Of a stretch of DNA of 32,000 nucleotides, positions 24,681 to 32,000 are shown in pieces (within the stretch, counting starts at the first letter, position 1; every line of letters starts with the position of its first letter). The position numbers and the translations under genes are program-made. The notes below the pieces were generated by a model that searched no databases, was not told the DNA's origin, and saw nothing but the letters and a program-made list of their open reading frames with translations. The DNA is from Dehalococcoidia bacterium (lineage in GTDB: Bacteria > Chloroflexota > Dehalococcoidia > Lucifugimonadales > CAZENU01): the NCBI GenBank assembly GCA_965261815.1, contig CBDHDR010000002.1, positions 1,223,820 through 1,255,819 of the forward strand, given 5' to 3'.

Positions 24681-25508
24681 ATGACCGACCAGACCCCACG
24701 GTACATATTCGAGGAAGGCGACTACGCCCTCGTCGTCGACAGGCGGGGGCGGCGCTACTTCGTGCGCCTCAAGGCGGACGGGAACTTCAACTCGCACCTG
24801 GGACACTTCCGCCACGACGTCCTGATCGGCCAACCCGAGGGCGCACGCGTCGAGACGTCCAAGGGCCACTGGATGCTGGCCGTGAAGCCGACGATGGCCG
24901 ATTTCACCCGCGAGATGCCCCGCATCGCCACCATCGTGTACCCGAAGGACCTCGGCGCGGTGGTCGTATACGGCGACCTGTTCCCCGGCGCGCGGGTACT
25001 CGAGGCCGGCAGCGGCTCGGGCGCCCTGACCATGGCCATCGCCCGCGCCGTCGGCCGGGATGGCATGGTCGTGTCGTATGACGTGCGCGAGGACATGACC
25101 GAGCGGGCCCGGGAGAACGTCGCCTACATGCTGCCGGACCACTCATGGGTCACCTTCAAGAAGGGCGACGTCTACGAGGGCTTCGAGGAGACCGAGCTCG
25201 ACCGGGTGGTGCTGGACCTGCCGGAGCCATGGCACGTGGTGCCCCACGCGCTGCGGGCGCTGGTCCCCGGCGGCATCTTCCTCGCCTTCGTGCCGACGGT
25301 CGTGCAGTTCCACGAGGTCACGCGAGCGCTCAGGGGCGAGCGCTCGTTCGAGCTGATCGAGACGTTGGAGATTCTGATGCGTCCGTGGGAGGTCTCCGGA
25401 CGCAGCGTCAGACCGTCGCATCGCATGGTCGGCCACACCGGCTTCATAACCACCGCCCGCAAGTGCGCGCCGCGACAGACCTCGGACGACGACCAAGCCG
25501 ACGAGTAG
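24681..25508 (+). CDS. trmI: tRNA (adenine58-N1)-methyltransferase TrmI/GCD14 family
   Basis: FEEGDYALVVDRRGRRYFVRL...RIATIVYPKDLGAVV...GARVLEAGSGSGALT...VVLDLPEPW. Confidence 0.85.
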   Translation: MTDQTPRYIFEEGDYALVVDRRGRRYFVRLKADGNFNSHLGHFRHDVLIGQPEGARVETSKGHWMLAVKPTMADFTREMPRIATIVYPKDLGAVVVYGDLFPGARVLEAGSGSGALTMAIARAVGRDGMVVSYDVREDMTERARENVAYMLPDHSWVTFKKGDVYEGFEETELDRVVLDLPEPWHVVPHALRALVPGGIFLAFVPTVVQFHEVTRALRGERSFELIETLEILMRPWEVSGRSVRPSHRMVGHTGFITTARKCAPRQTSDDDQADE

Positions 25509-25549
25509 CCGTCGCGGGCACCCGAAGCAACACGCCAGAGGAGTGAGAA

Positions 25550-26107
25550 ATGGACAGAGCCACGGCCAACCTGGTAGTCGAAGAGCACGTCGAGAGCGAC
25601 AGCCTGCGGAGGCACCTCTTCGCGGTCGAGACCTGCATGCGCGCCTACGCCCTCAAGGAGGGTGAGGACGAGGAGACGTGGGGCATCGCGGGCCTGTTGC
25701 ACGACTTCGATTGGGAAGTCTGCCCGACCCCCGAGTCGCACCCGACCTTCGGGGCGGAGATCCTCCGGGACCGTGGATTCCCGGAAGAGATCGTCCGCGC
25801 CGTGCTGTCTCACGGCAACCACACCGGCATAGCGCGCGAAACGATGATGGAGAAGGCTCTCTTCGCGTGCGACGAGCTGTCCGGCTTCGTCACGGCCGTC
25901 GCGCTGGTCCGGCCCACGAAGTCTCTCTCGGACACGAAGGTCAGCTCCGTCAAGCGCAAGATGAAGGACAAGGCGTTCGCCAAGTCCGTCAGCCGGGACG
26001 ACATGCGCCAGGGCGCGGCGGAGCTCGGCGTCGAGCTAGACGACCTGATCGCCTTCGTCATCGACGCCCTGAAACCCGTCGCCCCGCAACTCGGCCTGAA
26101 CGAGTAA
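25550..26107 (+). CDS. HD-domain metal-dependent phosphohydrolase
   Basis: 185 aa. H...GLLHDFDWE (HD motif) ...SHGNHTG. GAGGAG RBS. Confidence 0.75.
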   Translation: MDRATANLVVEEHVESDSLRRHLFAVETCMRAYALKEGEDEETWGIAGLLHDFDWEVCPTPESHPTFGAEILRDRGFPEEIVRAVLSHGNHTGIARETMMEKALFACDELSGFVTAVALVRPTKSLSDTKVSSVKRKMKDKAFAKSVSRDDMRQGAAELGVELDDLIAFVIDALKPVAPQLGLNE

Positions 26108-26164
26108 CGCCAAAGGCCCGTTGCGGATGCTCCGCGACCCGACAACGCCCCCGGTTCGACATGG

Positions 26165-26415
26165 ATTCCGGCTCGGGGGCCGGAATGACGAGCAGGCTCT
26201 CCTCGCGAGGCAGATACAGCCTACCGCTATGCCCGCGAAAGCAGACCTTCGCATAACCGTCGTTCCCGCGCAGGCGGGAATCCAGGGCGGCGGGGAGCGG
26301 GATGGGTTCCCGTCGTCACGGGAACGACGGAAAGACGCTTCACCGTCACACCAACCCTCTACCGTCAAGGCAGAGGGAGTTGCGCAAAGGTCTCCGAAAG
26401 CGGGTATCCAGGGGT
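26165..26415. repeat. cluster of REP-like GC-rich palindromic units
   Basis: ATTCCGGC-tcgggg-GCCGGAAT (26165-26186). TTCCCGC-gcag-GCGGGAA followed by TCCAGGG (26263-26287). GTTCCCG-tcgtca-CGGGAAC (26306-26325). CCCTCT-n11-AGAGGG (26355-26377). Half unit GCGGGTATCCAGGGG (about 26400-26415). Confidence 0.7.
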
Positions 26416-26502
26416 CTGGAGGGGGCATTTGTCCCATCACCTGTTATCAGTTGCCTTCAGGGGATAGGCTGTGCGGCCACCAGGAGACGGGGGAGGCCGG
26501 CT

Positions 26503-27678
26503 CTAGTCGCCGAACTCGTCCGGTTGCCAGGCGAGATGGGGGTACCGCCCCTCCAGCAGCCTGACGTGCTCGTCGGTCAGCAGCGGCAACTCTCCCGATA
26601 CCGGCCCAGCCTCGTCGAGCCGCTCGGTCGATACGTCGCCCTTCGCCTGCACCAGCACCTTGAAGCCGCCGAGTCCATCGGGCTTGACGAGCTCGCGCAT
26701 CGCCATCAGGTTCGCCATGCGGCGCGACTCCGGCATCGGCTCGCGGCGCATCCGATCCAGCCAGCCGCTCGACCCCATCTCCTTCAGGAACCGGGCCTGG
26801 CTTCGGAGACTCAGGGCCCGCAGCCCCGCGCGGCGACCCTCCTCGACGACGTGGGTGAAGTCGACGTGGGCCGTCAGGTCCTGCTCGCCAACGCGGTCGT
26901 AGAGAGACGCTCCGCCGGTGTGCCGGTAGTAGCCCTGTACCGTGTCGCCACTCCCGGCCGGGTCGACCTCTCCGCGAACGTAGCCGTAGTCGATCGTGAG
27001 CACGAACCCTCGCTCCAGAGCTTCCGCCACGTCGGCCATCCACGGCGCGATGCCGGTGTTCAGCTCGCCCCGGAAGCCCTCCGGCAGCTCCACTCCAAGC
27101 CGCTCGACGTAGGCTGCGAGCTCCGGCTTCGACGGCTCGTCCAGCTCCTCGGCGAACCTGCCGCCCCGGACGACGACGTAGACCTCGAGGACACGCCCAC
27201 CTCGTATCTCGAAGCGGTGGACCGGGAACGCGTCCAGCAGCTCGTTGGACAGCACGCAGCCTACGACGTCGGCGACCGGCATACCGGACGCGACCACGTG
27301 TCTGACCGCGTCGACGGCTTGCGACGGCCGTGCACGGTCGACGGTGACGTAGTGCAGGGCGCCGGCGAAGGGAGTCAGGGCGCGCTGGACGTAGGAGACG
27401 ACGTCACGGGCCAGCAGGCCGCCCCCGGCCCCCATCTCGACGGCGGTGAAGCATCCCGGACGGCCGAGCGCCTCCCACATGCGGGAGAGCTGGACCGCGA
27501 CCAGCGCGCCGAACGCCGGGTGCGCCGCCGGGCTGGTGTAGTAGTCCGCGTCGGGACCGGTGCCCGTGTAGTACCCGCCGTGCGGATCGTACAGGGCCGC
27601 CTCCATGAACTCCGCGAACGTAACGCGCCCCCGCTCGCCGATCCGCGCCCGTATCTCCCGCTCCACCCCGCTACTCAC
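26503..27678 (-). CDS. class I SAM-dependent methyltransferase, MidA/NDUFAF7 (DUF185) family
   Basis: GTG start. GRVTFAEFMEAALYDPHGGYY...DYYTSPAAHPAFG...VEMGAGGGLLARDV...LSNELLDAFPVHRF. Confidence 0.85.
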   Translation of the reverse strand: MSSGVEREIRARIGERGRVTFAEFMEAALYDPHGGYYTGTGPDADYYTSPAAHPAFGALVAVQLSRMWEALGRPGCFTAVEMGAGGGLLARDVVSYVQRALTPFAGALHYVTVDRARPSQAVDAVRHVVASGMPVADVVGCVLSNELLDAFPVHRFEIRGGRVLEVYVVVRGGRFAEELDEPSKPELAAYVERLGVELPEGFRGELNTGIAPWMADVAEALERGFVLTIDYGYVRGEVDPAGSGDTVQGYYRHTGGASLYDRVGEQDLTAHVDFTHVVEEGRRAGLRALSLRSQARFLKEMGSSGWLDRMRREPMPESRRMANLMAMRELVKPDGLGGFKVLVQAKGDVSTERLDEAGPVSGELPLLTDEHVRLLEGRYPHLAWQPDEFGD

Positions 27679-27891
27679 GCCGCGCGTGCCTCGGCCTCCG
27701 GCAGCACAGCGAACTCAAGGACGGCTTCGGTGATAGTGGTCAATGGCGTTGCCTATGCCAACATCAGACGTTCGCCTTCGGTCCGCGAATTGGACCGCGG
27801 AGTTCCCCGCGCCGTCTCAATCTGGATTCGCCGTGGGGTGGGGGTAGACCTCCACATTTCGAACGGGTCCAATGCTAATGCTGGCTCCCAG

Positions 27892-30522
27892 CTAGTGGGC
27901 TGAACGAACAAGATTCAAGCAATATTGATTGGCCGGGTCCCGTTCCAACCCAATGTTCGCTATATCGAGCGCCCTGCTAGTGTTGCCAATGTTTCGATAA
28001 AGCCAAGCAAGTCGGGAGCAATCCGTAGCGGTTAGTATATTCAAACGTCGTTCCATCGCCTGACTTGCTCGTTCAATCAGTTCCTGAAGTCCTCCAGACC
28101 ACGCTACTTCAACATTCCGCCTCTTGAGCTCGCTGAGAAGAATGTTTAGGCGATTCGCATTTCTGCTTATCTCTTCCCTGTCGGAAGTTGACAGCAACAT
28201 CGCCTCGCTCAAAGCATGGACCGCTCCAAGCCAGTCTTCCCTCCGTTCGCAAAGCCCCGCAAGTCTCAACCACGCGTCCAGCCGATCAGGTGGAGCTGCG
28301 ACTTCTAAGAAGCTCCTTAGGTAACGTATTGCCCGTTCCATCGCATCGGAAGAGTCGTCGACTTCCATCACCAAGTCTGCGAGTCTAAGATATGCTTTTG
28401 GTACCCTCTCTGCCAAATACTCCAAGACCGGCAAGACTTCGTCCAGCGTCTCTGCCTCCTCGCTTGCGCGTTTTGCTACGGCCTGGACAAGATTATCAAT
28501 CCTCGGTAGCACTCCACGCGCAGCGTCCTCTTGTTTCCCCGCCCCGAATTCCATCAAAAGTTTTCGGTCCTGCTCAATCGCGGCTTTGAACGGGCTCACT
28601 TCCAGCTTCCGCCGTCCGTATTCTGCTGCCGCAAGTGGAACGCCGACAAAAGCCCCCCCTCCTTCCAAAGAGTCTTCAACAAAGCCGACTCGATCCACTA
28701 GAGAATAGCGACTCAGCTCTTCCAATGCGCTAGATACATCAAACCGCTCCGTGCCGGGACGGAGGGATACCGCCTCAACAGCGACCTCTGGCACAAAGAC
28801 TCGCCAGCTGCATAGCAAGAGAAACACTCGCTGTCCAGCAAGGCTCAACGCGCTATATGTTCTTTGGAAAAGAGACCGTAGCAAATCGTCAGACGATGCA
28901 ACAACACGTCTCGGAGCCACCGCTTGTCCTTCTTTGGCAACTGCTCCGAGCAGAATCTTGATAACATATGGATGACCGTCAGATTCTCGAATCAGTGTTT
29001 CCTTGTATGTTGGAGTAAGGAGACTGACAATGCCTAGACGGCTTGCGTGTTCGTCAATAAGCCAATTCGCCTCTTCGTCGGTCATGCCACCTATCTCAAT
29101 ATGGTAGTCGCCAACAAAGCTTCTGAATCGGGTCGTGATCAACACCTTATTGGGTGGCCGAACGTAAGTGTCAACCCATTTGAATGCATCAGAGGGATTC
29201 TGCATGGTTTCGAAATTATCAAGTACAAAGAGAGTCGGCTCTCCCCAAGCGCCTTTTTCTAGGCAGTCCTGGAAGTAGGCCCGTCGATCGAGCTTACCGT
29301 TGGCCGTATGGGCCGCCTCCAGCAGGTCTACTGCGGCATCCGCAATGTTGTCTTCTGTCACAACTCGCGGCGAAACAGGCTTTGGTCCGAATTCAAGGAG
29401 ATCGATGTCTCGAGCACTTATCCAAAGAATGACCTTGTAAGGTGGGGCCTCTTGGCTAACAATTTCACGAATAGCTGAGATGGCGATCGTGGTCTTTCCT
29501 ACACCTCCCGGACCAGTCAACGACACTATAGGATGCTGTTCGAAATTCACCAACTCTTCTCTAACCCGACTCTCTAAGACGTTCCTAGCAATGTGACCAA
29601 TCGGCATCGGAGGAACGTTTGCGAACGTGTTACCAAGGATCTCAAGCTCCGCACTGCCTTCAGTTTCGCTCGAAGGGAGACGCGAAGGAGGGTCTGACCA
29701 CTCCGAGCCATCCTTGATCGTCACGTCGTTTGTTATATACGACAGCGCCTCGAAATGGTTACTTTTGTAATTGCCGTTAGGTAACGCAATATCGCGGATG
29801 TCAGGATCAGAAAACACAAGAGGAGTATGGATAGGACGATCGCAGTAGAAATATACTCCATCCTGTAGCTGAACATTCCTCTCTCTCTTCAGATAGTCGA
29901 AAGGTGACGTGTCGGATAATAGTGGCGATACACGATATTTCCCCGACAGGTTTTGATGAAGATGAACCCAAGGGATTCCAAATATCACCAAGTTGTCGAC
30001 GACAGCACTCAAAGCTTCGGCGAGGCTAGGGCAACATCGGGCACACTGTTCGGTTGTAGGGGCTCCGTGTCCTCGGCTTCTATTTCGGAAGCTAACGCAA
30101 AGATCGAAGAATTGTCGCAATGATACGCGGTTGCTCAACTGAGCCTCAACTCCTATCTCGTTCGCCGCTTGGGCCATATTGGCCACGGCTGCAAACCGCC
30201 AATCTCCGTGACCTACTCTCTGGGTTAAATCTCTCACTAAGTCAAGTGCGTTGCCGCTAAAGAGTTGGCTGGATGGTCCAATCAAAGCAGCATGAAGAGT
30301 CTCAATCCAATTGCCAAACGAGTCAGTCCGAAGTAGTCGATGCTCCAGGGAGTACCGCTGCCGATCTACGTCGTCGCCGACACATGCCACAACTCCAGCT
30401 GTGACTATCTTTGCCAAATATTCGAGTTTTAGGCTCAGAGCGTGGAAGTACGCATGATCGCCATCTTCTTTGTCGAGTGCAACGCGAGTATCCATCCGCT
30501 CGAATAGGAGATTCTGTACCAT
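27892..30522 (-). CDS. STAND (NB-ARC-type) P-loop NTPase with RN-x-x-x-GHG N-terminal module and TPR-like C-terminal region: candidate antiviral NLR/Avs-like protein
   Basis: 876 aa. Walker A LTGPGGVGKTT, Walker B LFVLDNFE, NB-ARC-like KVLITTRF and GHPYVIKIL, winged-helix-like LEELSRYSLVD. N-terminal roughly 330 aa contain CVSFRNRSRGHGAPT. C-terminus is helical-repeat-like (AWLYRNIGNTSRALDIANIGLERDP). Sampled lines about 50% GC. Confidence 0.8.
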   Translation of the reverse strand: MVQNLLFERMDTRVALDKEDGDHAYFHALSLKLEYLAKIVTAGVVACVGDDVDRQRYSLEHRLLRTDSFGNWIETLHAALIGPSSQLFSGNALDLVRDLTQRVGHGDWRFAAVANMAQAANEIGVEAQLSNRVSLRQFFDLCVSFRNRSRGHGAPTTEQCARCCPSLAEALSAVVDNLVIFGIPWVHLHQNLSGKYRVSPLLSDTSPFDYLKRERNVQLQDGVYFYCDRPIHTPLVFSDPDIRDIALPNGNYKSNHFEALSYITNDVTIKDGSEWSDPPSRLPSSETEGSAELEILGNTFANVPPMPIGHIARNVLESRVREELVNFEQHPIVSLTGPGGVGKTTIAISAIREIVSQEAPPYKVILWISARDIDLLEFGPKPVSPRVVTEDNIADAAVDLLEAAHTANGKLDRRAYFQDCLEKGAWGEPTLFVLDNFETMQNPSDAFKWVDTYVRPPNKVLITTRFRSFVGDYHIEIGGMTDEEANWLIDEHASRLGIVSLLTPTYKETLIRESDGHPYVIKILLGAVAKEGQAVAPRRVVASSDDLLRSLFQRTYSALSLAGQRVFLLLCSWRVFVPEVAVEAVSLRPGTERFDVSSALEELSRYSLVDRVGFVEDSLEGGGAFVGVPLAAAEYGRRKLEVSPFKAAIEQDRKLLMEFGAGKQEDAARGVLPRIDNLVQAVAKRASEEAETLDEVLPVLEYLAERVPKAYLRLADLVMEVDDSSDAMERAIRYLRSFLEVAAPPDRLDAWLRLAGLCERREDWLGAVHALSEAMLLSTSDREEISRNANRLNILLSELKRRNVEVAWSGGLQELIERASQAMERRLNILTATDCSRLAWLYRNIGNTSRALDIANIGLERDPANQYCLNLVRSAH

Positions 30523-30702
30523 TTAGGTATTCACCTGTTCGCTTGGTTTTTCCTCAAGCCAAAGCTCCACGGCTTCGCTAATGTGCTCGAGGGCCGCCTC
30601 CTGAGTATCGCCGTGGGCCGTGCAACCTGGGAGCTCGGTCGCTTCGGCAACATATGAGCCGTCCTCGTTACTCCAGTAGATGACCATCTCGTACTTGTGC
30701 AT
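30523..30702 (-). CDS. HicB-like (UPF0150) small antitoxin-fold protein
   Basis: Not in the ORF track (59 aa). Hand translation of the minus strand: MHKYEMVIYWSNEDGSYVAEATELPGCTAHGDTQEAALEHISEAVELWLEEKPSEQVNT. GAAGGGGA RBS. Its TAA (30523-30525) directly abuts the ATG (30522-30520) of the STAND gene. Confidence 0.75.
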   Translation of the reverse strand: MHKYEMVIYWSNEDGSYVAEATELPGCTAHGDTQEAALEHISEAVELWLEEKPSEQVNT

Positions 30703-30733
30703 CAGTCGTCCCCTTCAAGCCGGGGATTCCGTG

Positions 30734-31153
30734 CTAAGGGGCTTCCCAGGGATTTACCAGGTCGACTCCCAGCCCCTCGAAGTCCCGGACATTCCGGGTG
30801 GCGACCGCCAGGTCATGCGCCTTGGCCGTTCCTGCGATGAGTATATCGACAATATCAGGGGGGCGCCCGGACCGGACCGCGTCCGCCCGAAACCGTGCGG
30901 CCCACTCCGCACTGGCCCGGTCGATGGGTAGAATGCGATCCGCGTAGCGCGCGAGCAGACTCAAGATGTCCGCTCGCAGCCGCTCCCGGCGCCTTCCGGG
31001 TGGTGCGAGCTGCAGCCCAAACTCCAACTCATGGACCACCAAGGACGCCAGCCACAGATCGGCCGGTTGGGCCAGAAAGGCAATGACCTGGAGACTGGGC
31101 CGGCTCTTCGTCATCTCCGACACGACGTTCGTGTCGAGGAGAAAACCCCTCAC
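30734..31153 (-). CDS. vapC: type II toxin VapC (PIN-domain ribonuclease)
   Basis: LLDTNVV...HELEFG...DILIAGTA...TRNVRDF: the four acidic PIN positions in the expected order. Overlaps the antitoxin gene by 4 nt. Confidence 0.85.
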   Translation of the reverse strand: MRGFLLDTNVVSEMTKSRPSLQVIAFLAQPADLWLASLVVHELEFGLQLAPPGRRRERLRADILSLLARYADRILPIDRASAEWAARFRADAVRSGRPPDIVDILIAGTAKAHDLAVATRNVRDFEGLGVDLVNPWEAP

Positions 31154-31455
31154 TTGTCTCCCCAGTCGTCATCGTCCCAGTCCGAGAAGGGGACCTCGCG
31201 TCGCGAACTCCGACCGCGCTCGGGGATTTCGAGGTTGGTCCCGCGCGTCATGTTCTTGATGAGCCACTGGCCCAGCGGTTCGCGCGTCGGCGCCTCGCGT
31301 TCCCGCCAGATTTGTTCCGGCACAACCACGAACGGCCGCCTCGTACCGATGCGTTGCGGTCCCTCCGACTCGGCGAGGCGCAGGATTTCGGACAGCCGCG
31401 CCTTCGCCTCGGCGATGGTCCACGCGCCGCGGGAATCGGGGGTTTGGATGGCCAT
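31150..31455 (-). CDS. type II antitoxin, Phd/YefM family (VapB-type partner)
   Basis: 101 aa. WTIAEAKARLSEILRLAE...PFVVVPEQIW. GGAGGGAG RBS. TATAAT on the minus strand at 31484-31489. Acidic C-terminal tail. Confidence 0.8.
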   Translation of the reverse strand: MAIQTPDSRGAWTIAEAKARLSEILRLAESEGPQRIGTRRPFVVVPEQIWREREAPTREPLGQWLIKNMTRGTNLEIPERGRSSRREVPFSDWDDDDWGDK

Positions 31456-31484
31456 GCTCCCTCCAGATAGTCAGTGCCAGACCA

Positions 31485-31760
31485 TTATAGACCAGTTTGG
31501 CAGCCCAGACTGCTGCCGATGTGCGGCACAAGGTCCCGGCGGGTCAGGCCCGCCTGGTCCATCCGAAACTCGATCGCCGCGATTGGGTCCGGTGGGGCGA
31601 TCGGATGGCACCTGTCCTCGTAGTGCTTGACCAGGTCGGAGAGTATGTCCCGCTCGTCACCCTCCGCGGTACCATCCTCTGCCTCGAAGATCTCCCAAAG
31701 CCTGGCCAGCGCCGCCTCGTAGTCGTCCTCGGTGCGGATCGGGTTGATCGTAACCATCAT
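31485..31760 (-). pseudogene. HigA-family antitoxin, apparently truncated within the HTH domain
   Basis: The N-terminal 80 aa match the HigA pattern (I.TEDDYEAALARLWEIFEAEDGT.EGDE...LVKHYEDRCHPIAPPDPIAAIEFRMDQAGLTRRDL). The ORF ends as GSSLGCQTGL instead of continuing through the expected HTH helices. The end coincides with the vapB promoter. Confidence 0.5.
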
Positions 31761-31899
31761 TACACTCCCTCGGCGTCGATCCGGTCGTGCTCCGCGTGCG
31801 TGCCGACAAGCGTCAGATCAATATCTCACGATACTGTCCCGGCCGCATTCCGTCGACCGCGTCCTGTATCTCGTCGACCCGGAACCGGATGCGCGGCCA
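31760..31899 (-). pseudogene. decayed higB-type (RelE-fold) toxin remnant
   Basis: The last 21 codons read DIDLTLVGTHAEHDRIDAEGV, with a stop overlapping the higA-like ATG (TAATG). This matches the ...IGTHA.YD.IDAE.. C-terminus of HigB toxins. Upstream is an in-frame TGA (31826-31828), and the GQYREILI segment is in another frame. Confidence 0.35.
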
Positions 31900-32000
31900 A
31901 GAAGTCGATAGCAGGACGAGCACCGCAAGTCGCCGACCGGCAAGGTTCTGCTGACTACGAAGTTACTGGTCCGTGGTCACAATGAGATCGTAACCGTGCT

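Noticed and set aside
26121-26564. 147-aa ORF across the HD/MidA intergenic region.
   Set aside because: It is a translation of REP-like palindromes (VPAQAGIQ, SPKAGIQ peptides). It has no RBS and a low-complexity composition.
31963-32000. Minus-strand frame ending ...HGYDLIVTTDQ-stop at the window edge, possibly the 3' end of another PIN/toxin-type gene.
   Set aside because: Only 11 codons are visible, which is not enough to support a feature.

Overview
High-GC bacterial chromosomal segment. Hand-counted backbone lines are about 70% G+C. No rRNA, tRNA, CRISPR array, transposase or integrase was found. The backbone is mostly housekeeping and redox metabolism. It carries a repeat-rich HEXXH metallopeptidase, PolX, PcrA/UvrD, a MaoC/hotdog dehydratase pair, a Zn-ADH, a beta-lactamase-fold serine hydrolase and two Ddn-like deazaflavin (F420) oxidoreductase copies flanking a DinB gene. 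It also carries an SDR, two tandem luciferase-like (LLM) oxidoreductases, a complete glycine-cleavage operon gcvT-gcvH-gcvPA-gcvPB, TrmI, an HD hydrolase and a MidA-type methyltransferase. The F420-type enzyme families and consensus TATAAT promoters suggest Chloroflexota or Actinomycetota, but this is inference only. Four things stand out. (1) Directly downstream of gcvPB lie two tandem peroxiredoxin genes. The ORF track misses them because each has an in-frame TGA exactly at the peroxidatic Cys codon (codon 45 in both), so they are candidate selenocysteine peroxiredoxins. (2) A low-GC islet (about 14.5-17.1 kb, sampled lines about 45-50% GC) holds two co-directional genes for proteins with RN-x(3-5)-H (HEPN/Abi_C-like) signatures, one of them membrane-anchored. 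(3) A second low-GC islet (27.9-30.7 kb) holds a 59-aa HicB-like gene, absent from the ORF track, whose stop abuts the ATG of an 876-aa NB-ARC-type STAND NTPase. That NTPase has an RNRSRGHG-containing N-terminal module and a TPR-like C-terminus. The islet sits beside an intact vapBC module and a decayed higBA module, and is the best candidate for an uncharacterised defence system. (4) Several unexplained non-coding structures are present: a heptad-repeat and dyad-symmetry region at 11.33-11.55 kb, a roughly 45-nt motif conserved at two distant intergenic sites, and a REP-like palindrome cluster at 26.1-26.4 kb. Many long ORFs in the supplied track are antisense or off-frame shadows typical of high-GC DNA and are not called.
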